From contig NIVC01003966.1 in NCBI GenBank assembly GCA_002269645.1, forward strand, positions 1 through 64,000: a stretch of 64,000 nt of DNA. The letters are read 5' to 3'. The notes beneath the pieces are model-generated. The model was not told the origin of the DNA. It did not search any database and saw only the letters and a list, made by a program, of their open reading frames with translations. Shown piece after piece: positions 26,609-37,200 of this stretch (positions are counted from its first letter, which is position 1; each line of letters starts with the position of its first letter). Source of the DNA: Macrostomum lignano (Eukaryota). The position numbers and the translations under genes were made by a program.

Positions 26609-26939
26609 ATGTCTAAAAATTTACACTGTCTTGCATACTAAATAGAAAATTTTGTTAAACAATTACTGAGCGATTTCTGAATGTCTGTCTGAATGTCTGT
26701 CGGGAAACCAATACATATTTGCATATCATACATGCGCAACTGCTGGCCGACCTGGCCGATCCGGCCACCGTAAATCGTGGCTGACCAGGGGTAAGTCGCA
26801 AAATTGAGTCAACCAAAAACAGAAAAACACAAGAACCAAGAAAGGCAAGAGGAAAGCGAAAGAAAGTGCAGTTCAGGGAAAATGGTGAAGCAAAAGAAAA
26901 ACAATTCGCAAAAGAAGCAAACTAAGTTGTAAAAATAAT

Positions 26940-27610
26940 CAGGTAAGTCGCAAAAAGGATCAGGTAAGTCGCAAAAGGGTTAGGTAAGTCGCAAAAAGGA
27001 TTAGGTAAGTCGCAAAAAGGATTAGGTAAGTCGCAAAAAGGATTAGGTAAGTCACAAAGGGTTAGGTAAGTCGCAAAAGGGTTAGGTAAGTCGCAAAAGG
27101 GTTAGGTAAGTCGCAAAAGGATCAGCTAAGTCGCAAAAAGGATTAGGTAAGTCGCAAAAAGGATTAGGTAAGTCACAAAGGGTTAGGTAAGTCGCAAAAG
27201 GATTAAGTAAGTCGCAAAAAGGATTAAGTAAGTCGCAAAAAGGATTAGGTAAGTCACAAAGGGTTAGGTAAGTCGCAAAAAGGATTAGGTAAGTCGCAAA
27301 AAGGATTAAGTAAGTCGCAAAAGGGTTAAGTAAGTCGCAAAAGGATCAGCTAAGTCGAAAAAAGGATTAAGTAAGTCGCAAAAAGGATTAGGTAAGTCGC
27401 AAAAAGGATTAGGTAAGTCACAAAGGGTTAGGTAAGTCGCAAAAGGATTAAGTAAGTCGCAAAAAGGATTAAGTAAGTCGCAAAAAGGATTAGGTAAGTC
27501 GTAAAAGGGTTAGGTAAGTCGCAAAAGGATTATGTAAGTTGCAAAAAGGATTAAGTAAGTCGCAAAAAGGATTAGGTAAGTCGCAAAAAGAAGCAACTAA
27601 GTCGCAATAA
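26940..27610. repeat. ~20-21-bp minisatellite inside the hAT element
   Basis: Tandem GGTAAGTCGCAAAAAGGATTA. Confidence 0.93.
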
Positions 27611-27765
27611 GAGGGAAGTAAGTCACAATTAGAGGCAATCAGGGGGTAGTAGGTGCAAGTGTGGCAGGAGAGCAAAAGCAGAATAGAAGCCTTCAACCAC
27701 AGACAAGATCTTTGAAATCAGAAGCCCGCGTCAACAGTTTCCCATTGATTTCCTAAACTCTGGAG

Positions 27766-28520
27766 CAGGGGTTGGCAAACTCCGGCTCGCGAAGCCCCTC
27801 TATCTGGCCCTCGCCCCTCGGGTTCTTTGAAACTTCCTAACTACGAGTAGCAAGGTTGGTGTCTCTTCAACTCTCATCTCTCTCTTCTTCTCTACCTTGC
27901 CTCCCCTCTTCTCTCTCTCCCCCTTTTCCCTCTTCTCTCTCCTCTCATTTTTACTCTCCTCTCTTCTCCCCCTTTCTCTCTACTCTTTCTCCTCAATGCC
28001 CTCTTCTCTCCTCTTATCTTCAGCAAAAATATGTGCATATTTTCTTACTTCAAAGTAGAGGGAATAGAAGATTAGAGATAAGCAAACAGAGGAGAGGCGA
28101 GCGATGCGATGGGAGAAAAGATAGAAGAGGAGAGAAAAGCTGAGGGAGGAAAAAGAGATGAGAGAGAAGAGGAGATGAGAGGAAAGAGGAAAGAAAAGAT
28201 GATGGATGAGATCAGAAGAGAGGAAAGAGGAGAGAGTAGATGAGAGAAGAGAGGATAAAGAGGAGATGAGAGGAGAGATGAGAGAGTAGAAAAGAGAGGA
28301 GAGATAAGATGAGAGAGTAGAGTGGAGAGAGACGAGAGGGAAGATAAGATGAGAGAGTAGAGTGGAATGGAGAGAGACGAGAGGAGAGATAAGAATGTAG
28401 AGAGGAGACAGAAGAGATGGGAGAGGAGAGGAAAGAGAGGAGAGAGGAGAGGAAAGAGAGAAGGGATAAGGGATGAGAGAGAAAAGAAAAAGAGGATGAG
28501 AAGATTGAGGAATGGAGAGA
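27766..28520. mobile_element. Truncated hAT-like MITE with CT/GA-rich core, nested in the hAT element
   Basis: Starts CAGGGGTTGGCAAAC. Its subterminal sequence is homologous (reverse complement) to 36290-36390. Second end not found. Confidence 0.55.
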
Positions 28521-29817
28521 ATTTGCAAAGGCCTCAAATCTTAGTTTAACATGCATTACTCCCATCTTTGCCTTTTTCCTAACTGTTAACAAGTTTTTGT
28601 TTGAGCATGACTTCAAATTTAGAATCTATGCAAAAATAGTTCCGGGAATTAGAATTCAGTGGTTTAAAAATCTGTGGGTTTTCACAGCTTGTATCTCTAC
28701 TGGATTCGTATTCTGCATCTGATGAGCCATCTGAATCAGGGCTCTCATCTTCCATGCCAAATCGTCTAGCAAATCGTTCTTGAGCTATAGGTCACACTGT
28801 ATTCACTTCACTTACTTCTGGACATTCATGAATCATGACTTTTGTAGTATGCTCACTACACTGTACTGACAATTTACTAATTGCTTCATGCCGCCACTAG
28901 ATGACATACTGATTAGCTGTTATAAAAACGCGGAATCTGCACGCAGCACTAATTAGCTAGCGAGGCATTTAGCTTTAAAAATATGGTCATAGTTACTCTT
29001 GCCGTTTACCTAAAGTTTTTGCTTGGCTCTTTCATAGGTAAGTCGCATTTTTTATCGAAAACTAAGTCGCACGGCCAGCGTAATTTCAGAAGTTGCGCAT
29101 GTATGTTGCATATGTTATGCCATTTATTATGAATTGATTTGCTAAACAATAATTTAACATTTTAATCATGTTTCTGTTATTTGAAAGTTAAAAATAGTGG
29201 CCATAATATATTGATATAGCTATCATTAATTTTTAGCAAAAAGACTCTTGTGTATTGATTTTTAGCAATACATTTAGTTGCTTATACTTTTTATAGCATT
29301 TTTATAACTTTCTTGTCAATCTGTTTCAAACTTTTTCAAAAACTATTTCAAAATTAAAATTATGATAAGTTTTAAAGATGCAAAAGGTACAGATGATATG
29401 AAAATATCATTTTGCATTTTGTCTAATTGCTTTTTAAACTGCTTGACAAACAACCTGTCTATGAGAATGTCTTCATGCAAATATAAGTGCTTGCATATCA
29501 AGCCAAGATTTTAAAGAGAATGTTGAACCTAGGCTAAATGTCAAATTTAGAAGTTTTATTATAGATTTTATTAGAAAACTAACTATGATTTATTTGTATT
29601 GTTACTAAAAATTTTTTGATGCGCCTGCAGCCTTCTATTAAATCAAAACTGTCTGTGCAAAATCAAAGAGCAGCTGGTTAAAATCAGAGTTTTCTGAGTA
29701 GAAATTTTTATTAGATTTCAATCTCAACCTGGCAGCCCTTGTCAGCTTTAGGCGGGGCTCAGTTGCGAATCTCTTTATCCAGAATTTTTCTCAATCCAAA
29801 TTGCTTGGCCAAGTTTC

Positions 29818-31678
29818 ATGTCTGCTTTGAGCCAGTCTTCTGCTTCTGCCGCCGCCGCCGACTCCGCCGCCAGTCGCAAACTGATTGACAGCAGCAGCGA
29901 CGAATCGGACTCGGATTGCGACTCGGATTCCCGCTGCCGGGAGCCTCTGACTGACGCTGCCGCCTCCGCCGCTGCCACTTCTGCTATCGCTTCTTCTTCT
30001 TCTTCTTCTTCTCCTCCTAGTAGCAGCAAAAGCGGCCGATTCGCTGACAGCCGTCGCACTATAGTCAGGGAAGCCAGCAGCCTGTACTCAATGCTCATCT
30101 CCGGTAGCATGCCCCGGTTCCGCCGGCCCCTGCTACTTCTCATGCTAATTCTGATCACCAACCTCACGCTGTACCTGCTGTTCCGGCCGTTCCCCCAGCT
30201 GGAGTCGTTTGTGCAGGACACCAACAAGCGGATTCACACCGGCGTCAGCGCCATCCGCGGCGGCATCAACGCGGCTGCCGGGAGCGCAGTTGGCGGCTCT
30301 CGCAGTGCCGTTGGCGACCTTGACGCCGACGAGACCTACTTGGAGTATCTGGGCCTGTTGGGTAGGTTCGAATCCCACCCTGCGGCAGCCTCAGCCTCCT
30401 CTTCCAAACAGCAGCAGAAGCAGGAGGGAAGCTTTAAATTAGCAAAAGATGCCGGCAGTCTTGGCTTCATTGTTGCTTCAAGCGTTTCGACTAGCGACTA
30501 TGTGTACGCGTTCGATCTGCTGGACTCGGTGCGGGCCAATCTGAACGATACGCTTCTGGTGCTGATGGACACCGGCCTGCACATGTCCGATCTGAATAAG
30601 CTGAAGAAGCGATGCAATGTCACTACAAGGTCAGTCTGAGGCAAACTGTATTAGAAGCAGGGCGACATTGTCACAAAAGCGGCGAGAGGCATTACTGCCC
30701 ATTCGGCTGACGTACGCAGTCATACGCACACTCACACGGAAGTGTACAGCGGCCCTAATTTATAATTAGTAAAATTAGTAATAATAATTGATTACACCTG
30801 CCCCGATTGGGCTAGATGTGCAACCGACAGCTCAGCCGCAGCTATTGCGGTGCGCATCTGAAGGCTGCGTACGGCTGTTCAGTTGCTCTCTTACTGCGAG
30901 GACTCTTTATAATTAGGAATTGTACACTTCTTAAAGAGCGTCAATAGCAGAGCCAACAAGCCGAGATTTCAATTTTGCCTCAAATTAATGCGACTGAACT
31001 GGGAATCGAGCCTGGGCCGCTAGCATAATACCACTAGGCTACTGCATGTTGTTGTTGTCATGCCATGCTGTTCACGCCTACACCCTTGTTGTCCCCCCCT
31101 TAACTCGCTATTCAGGTGTCGAATCGAAGCGTTCGATTTCGACAAGTTCCCTTCGCACGTGCAGAGCACCGGCACCAATGCTTTCAAACCGCTGGCAATT
31201 CAAATGCTACTAAAAGACTATGGCGGAGTGATCTGGTCAGACCTGCGCCGCACTCCCTACTATTTTGTGGTGGACGCTGAGGAGATCGCCCCGACCCTGA
31301 CAGCTGCCAGGCGGGTCGGCATTCAGGCCTGGACCATCCCGCCGCCAGCCTCCGCGCTCACGCACCCGCAGACGTTCGCCTATCTGAATGCCGACCCCAG
31401 AGATTTCTACTTTCTGCACATGGTGGCCTCCGCGCACCTGGTGCTGTACTATACGGAGTTCCTGCACACCAGGGTCATGCTGCCCTGGGTGAAGTGCGCG
31501 CTCAACTCTGACTGCTGGCAGCCGTTGGGGGCGCATCAGAGCGGCTGCGACTTCAACAGGCCGCCGTATTTTAAATACAGCGGCTGCCATTTCTACGACA
31601 TGTCGGCGCTTAATGTGGTGCTGGGCCTGGCCTTCCAGTTCAATGTGACCGCCTACGAGTGCCGGCAGAAGGTGAGCC

Positions 31679-31715
<37 letters not shown>

Positions 31716-31814
31716 GTCTGTCTGTCTGCCTCTCTGTCTGCCTGTCTGTCTGTCTGTCTGTCTATCTGTCTGTCTGTCTGCCTCTCTGTCTGCCTGTCTG
31801 TCTGTCTGTCTGCC

Positions 31815-31847
<33 letters not shown>

Positions 31848-31850
31848 GCC

Positions 31851-31883
<33 letters not shown>

Positions 31884-31930
31884 GCCTGTCTGTCTGTCTG
31901 CCTGTCTATCTGTCTGTCTGTCTATCCGCC

Positions 31931-31961
<31 letters not shown>

Positions 31962-32000
31962 GTGTGTGTCTGTCTGTCTGTCCATCTGTCTGTCTGTCCA

Positions 32001-32060
<60 letters not shown>

Positions 32061-32220
32061 CAGGCACATACCCGCCATAAACACCGGGAACCCGCAGGTG
32101 TTCGGGTACAACAGCAACGACACGGTGCTGGAGAACCACTTCAAAGTGCCCGGCATCAACTTTGACGATCTGCGCCGCCGAGCTGGCGCGGCCGTGGGAC
32201 CCTTCGAGATGCACAGCTGA
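29818..32220 (+). CDS. Type II membrane protein with DUF1647-like (putative glycosyltransferase-like) domain, 496 aa
   Basis: Exons 29818-30629, 31116-31671, 32098-32220 (1491 nt). Ser/Ala-rich N-tail and TM LLLLMLILITNLTLYLLF. Motifs IVASSVS..Y, LMDTGL, CRIEAFDFDKFPSHV, AFKPLAIQ..L..YGGVIWSD, WVKCAL..DC..PLG, GCHFYDMSALN match my recollection of DUF1647 proteins. Confidence 0.8.
31680..32060. repeat. (TCTG)n microsatellite in intron 2 of the DUF1647-like gene
   Basis: About 380 bp of TCTG/TGTC variants. Confidence 0.95.
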
Positions 32221-32779
32221 GCCGGGCCCAGCTGTCCAGATGAGTCTCCCTGTCTTAAATCCCCCCAACCTGCCCGGCGGGCTCCCCTGCTAACTGAATT
32301 CAGTCAGCCCAAGCTAGCAAACCCTTTGCCCATGGCATTAGTGGCTTAAAATTTTTGGTCATCTGAGCAAGCAGAAAATAATATTTTTAAGTTCACACGT
32401 TACACACACCATGATGTTCGGGCACTGCTCAGGAGATATTATTAATGAATGCTCCAACACCATTGAGTTGAATTTTATTAGAATTGGAGATTTGTAGGTC
32501 AGTTGCTTTATTCCAATATTTGCGTTCAGAACTTCTCTTTAAATTTAATCTTGGACTTTTGTTTAGATACTTTAATTTAAAATTTCAAAGAAACCGATGT
32601 TGTCATATTACTACTATCGCGAACGATTTCCGTGAGTAGTGCCGCGTGTGTTTCTGTCTCTTTTTAAAGAATAAAAAAATATTTTTAATCTTACAGCTAT
32701 TTGTATTCTGTGAATACCGGCTTGCAGATTCTGTAATAGCAGGTTCTGTTTCTCTGTAAATAGTTATTCTGTTATTTAT

Positions 32780-33230
32780 AGTGCACTGGTGCACTTTCTT
32801 GACAGCCAGCGTTTCTAGTTGCGTATTGAATGGAGCACAGTGAACTGGTGAATTATTTGACTCAGCTGCAGGGGGTTTTGGGCATCCCGGATATACCGCT
32901 ATAAGCCCTGGCAACCACAGGCAGCTGGTGCTGCGGTCCCCCTCCCCCCCGGAGAGTCCAGGAGGTGGACTGTCGCTCGCCCCGTAGCCCGTCCGTAGGT
33001 AGCGGACGAGCTTGCAGAGATTCTCGGTGGTTGAGCATTCACGGATGAAGTGCTCCGCATTCTCAACACCGGAGATAGCAATGCCTGGCAAAGCTGAGGG
33101 GGCCATGGTCACCGCCCTGATGTCCCTGCGGAAGGAAGAACAGGGGACAGCCGTGCGGGATAGCTTGCAGCGTGGTGCGTTAGTCCGCCTTTCCCTGTGC
33201 TTACATGTCACCCAGATTAGCAAATTATTG
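32780..33230 (-). mobile_element. Possible degenerate Ty3/Gypsy pol relic (RNase H end to integrase Zn-finger linker)
   Basis: The minus ORF reads KHRERRTNAPRCKLSR (cf. HRPG..N..AD.LSR), LCKLVRYLRTG, GLIAVYP, NSPVH, VKKVHQC in the expected order. Similarity is loose and no LTRs were seen. Confidence 0.35.
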
Positions 33231-33459
33231 ACTTCTTGTTATTCCTATTCATTATTTTATTGCCACTGTTATCTCTTTTTCTTTGTTTCTTTAATGGACC
33301 AGACACTTGTAGATGTATAAATATAACAGCTTCTTCTCTGAAAGAAATCAGTAATAAGTTTAATGCAAATAGTGATATCAATATCTTTTTTAATTTTCGT
33401 TTATTTTATTATTGCAATTGCAGCTCATAGGTAAGATTTCTTATGAAGACTTGTGATTT

Positions 33460-34070
33460 GTGTTGGTAAATCTTGTGAATTTGTGTTAAATATTGTGAAT
33501 GAGTCTGAATCTTGTGAATGGGACCTAAATCTTGTGAATAAGTCCTAAATCTTGTGAAGAACTAGTCGGAAATCTTGTGAATGGGTCTTTAATAGTTTGA
33601 ATGAGTCTTAAATTCTCTGAATAGGTCTTAAATCTTGTGAATGTGTCTTAAATTTTGTGATTGGGTCTTCAATCTTGTGAATGTGTATTAAATCTTGTGA
33701 AGAACTAGTCTGAAATCTTGTGAATGTGTATTAAATCTTGTGAAGAACTAGTCTGAAATATTGTGAATGTGTATTAAATCTTGTGAAGAACTAGTCTGAA
33801 ATCTTGTGAAGGTGTATTAAATCTTGTGAAGAACTAGTCTGAAATCTTGTGAATCTGTTTTAAATCTTGTGAATGGGTCCTAAATCTTGTGAATGAGCCT
33901 TAAATTTTGTGAATGTGTCCCAAGTTTTCTAAATTAGTTTTATTAAAACTTGTGAATGAGTCGTGAATATTGTGAAGGAGTCTTGAATCTAATCAATGAA
34001 TCTTAATGAGACTTAATGAGACAAAATTTGTGACATTGATCTCGTGAATAGGCCTTAAATCTTGTGACTA
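33460..34070. repeat. Degenerate AATCTTGTGAA tandem repeat upstream of FBXO21
   Basis: Recurrent AAATCTTGTGAAT / GAACTAGTCTG units. Confidence 0.8.
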
Positions 34071-34214
34071 AGCTTTGATTCTAGCTAGCAAAAAAATCGA
34101 CATTTTCAACGTTAATTCCTGCTTACTAACAAGTTCATCAGGTTTAGAGACAGCAGGGAGTTATGATTAACATTCGGTCTTATACTCACACAGGCAGTCT
34201 CACCTCTCCATCCG

Positions 34215-37200
34215 ATGCAGTCAGATCAGCCTCCTCTGGGTCTGCTGGACCTGCCCAGTCTGGCACTGGGCCAAGTGCTGCTGAGGCTACACAGCCACCG
34301 CGACCTGTGCAACCTGGCAGCAACCAGTCGCAGCCTTCGCTCAGCCCTCATCGAAGCTGGCGACTCAGCCGCCTGGCGCCGACTTGTTCGACTGCAATTC
34401 CTGCCTGCTCATGCTGATGAAGAGTCTGCAGTGTACAGGGCTGTGCTGCAGTCTGGGGAGGACTGGCGGGCCCGGTATGCCTGTCTGCACCTGGCCTATC
34501 GGGACTGGCGCTATTTGCATGCCAGGATTTTAGCTCAGCTGCCAGGTCCGAGAGATGATATCAGAGTGAACCTGCTGGATCCTGAGGGAGCTCAATTGCT
34601 GATTAGTAACGTTGCTAACCGGTTGCTAACCGGCTGGTCGGGCTGTTCTAGCAGCGAGTATTTTCAAATACTGCTGTTAGCATTGAACCGGTTGTCTTCT
34701 GAACTGGTCTTGGATGACAACTGCGTGGGGGATTTGTACATTGTGGAGCAGCTGGCTTGCTATCTGCATCGTTTGCGAGCTCTGAATCGGATTATCGCCA
34801 TTCATACCAGCGCTGCTAGCGAGCTGTCCACTGTGCAGTCTGCCTGTCTGCTCTCCAGCTATGTGCAGGTGTGAGATTTTCTGTCAACTGGTCGCTTTAT
34901 CGCAGGCCAGAAATTCTACACGATCCCTCAGACTTGTTGCATTCTTGGTCCCTCTATGACCTAGGTCATGTTGAATTATTGGTCTCTCTATGACCTAGGT
35001 CATCCTGAGTTATTGGTCCCTCTATGACCTAGGTCATCCTGAGTTATTGGTCCCTCTATGACCTAGGTCATCCTGAATTATTGGTCTCTCTATGACCTAG
35101 GTCATGTTGAATTATTGGTCCCTCTATGACCTAGGTCATCCTGAATTATTGGTCTCTCTATTACCTAGGTCATCCTGAGTTATTGGTCCCTCTATGACCT
35201 AGGTCATCCTGAGTTATTGGTCTCTCTATGACCTAGGTAATGTTGAATTATTGGTCTCTCTATGACTTAGGCGTTGCATTATTGGTCCCTCTATGACCTA
35301 GGTCATCCTGAATTATTGGTCTCTCTATGACCTAGGCCATGTTGCATTATTGGTCCCTCTATGACCTAGGTCATCCTTTATTATTTATCTCTCTATGACC
35401 TAAGTCATCCTGAACTACTGGTCCCTCTATGACCTGAATTATTGGTCTCTCTATGACATAGGTCATGTTGCATTATTGGTCCCACTATGACCTAGATCAT
35501 CCTTTAATATTTGTCTCTCTATGGCCTAAGTAATCCTGAACTACTGGTCCCTCTATGACCTAGGTCATCCTGAATTATTGTTCTCTCTATGACATAGGTC
35601 ATGTTGCATTATTGGTCCCTCTATGACCTAGGTCATGTTGCAAGATTGGTCCCTTTATAACCTAGGTCATCCTGCATTCTTGATCCGTCTATGACCAAGG
35701 TCATCCTTCATCCTTCATACAGTCGTACAGAAACTATGGTCTCTGTATGACCTAGGTCATCCTGAATTATTGACCTCTCTATGACCTAAGGTCATGTTGC
35801 ATCCTAGAAAGTTTTTGGTGCAAGTTACCTAAAGGCTACCTTAACATTGACGAGGTATCCTCTTATAATTGTATTCTACATTGTCTTTAAAAATGTACAT
35901 AGAATGTTTGCACTTATTTCTAATATTCAGGCCAAACCGCTTGAAGAGCTCACGGCCACGGTGCAGCTTCGCCTGGACGAGATCGCCCAGGTCTGCCTGG
36001 ACAGTGCCCGTCAGAATGCTCAGCTGGCTGTAGCGTTGAATGGCTTCAGCATACCGTGAGCGGCTACGCCTGGGGTCGGCCGACTTTGTTTACATCAAGG
36101 GCCAGATAGAGAAGCTGGCGCATGACTGCGGACCGCAGGAAGGAAGAGAGGAAAGGGAGTAGAGAAAGGAGAAGAGGATAGGAAAAATGAGAAGCGAGGA
36201 ACTAAATGGGAAGAAAGGAGAGGAGAAGAGAAGAGAGAAGAGAAGATAGATTAGATAGAAGAGCGTTGAGAAGAGACAAACCATGAGCGGACCGGATTGC
36301 TATTGTGAAGTTTCAGAGGACCCGAGGGCCGGATAGAGAGGCTTTGCGGGGGTCGCACGTGGCCCACAAGCCTGAGTTTGCCCAGCCCTGATCCTCGCTT
36401 CTTATCCTATTTTGGATGGCTTCCCCTAAAGAGAGTTATTCCCCTGTCTAATCGTCAGGCATGCGCACTGGTGTGACGTATGAGGCTGTGTGCGGTTGTG
36501 TAACTGTTAAAAACATTGTTTTAAGCCTGTAAGGTTGACACTTCATAGGCCCAAAAATCTAAAGTACAATTGAACAAATTTTACCGCTCTGCAGATCAGA
36601 GTCGCCCAACGACCAGGAGCTTGCCGCTTCGCTGTGGGATTCTGACACCGCCATCTCCCTGGCCAGGTGCATCCTGGACACTCTGGTTCACAAATTTGAC
36701 TTCAATCACAGTCTGCAGCTGGACGACTTCGATGAGAACTCCTTCATCGATCGGGTGCTGTTCACCGGCACCGGGCTGCCCATTGTCAAGGCGGCCATTT
36801 TCTGCGGCCTGGCCGCCCGTCTGGGCCTCGCCGTCCGGCCAGTGAACGTGCCGGACCACTTCATGTGCCGTCTGGTGCTCGGTCAGGACGAGGACCCGTT
36901 GAAGAGTAGCGTGCTGGTTGATGCGGCCAACTCCACTCTGCACACTGTGACTGACCGGTGCGGCGCTTGCTATAATCCTCATCCAAATCCCCATATAATC
37001 CTCATCCAAATCCCCATTATAATCCTCATCCAAATCCTTATTATAATCCTCATCCAAATTCCCATTATAATCCTCATCCAAATCCCCATTATAATCCTCA
37101 TCCAAATCCCCATTATAATCCTCATCCAAATCCCCATTATAATCCTCATCCAAATCCCCATTATAATCCTCAGACAAATCCCCATTATAATCCTCATCCA

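Larger units (their letters stand above)
26727..29105. mobile_element. Non-autonomous hAT-type element, 2.38 kb
   Basis: 15-bp TIR CATACATGCGCAACT and exact 8-bp TSD TTGCATAT (26719-26, 29106-13). TAAGTCGCA subterminal motif at both ends. Confidence 0.85.

Noticed and set aside
28530-28920. hAT transposase remnant on the minus strand inside the hAT element
   Set aside because: Only a loosely protein-like frame with stops (NSRNYFCIDSKFEV..) and no diagnostic motif
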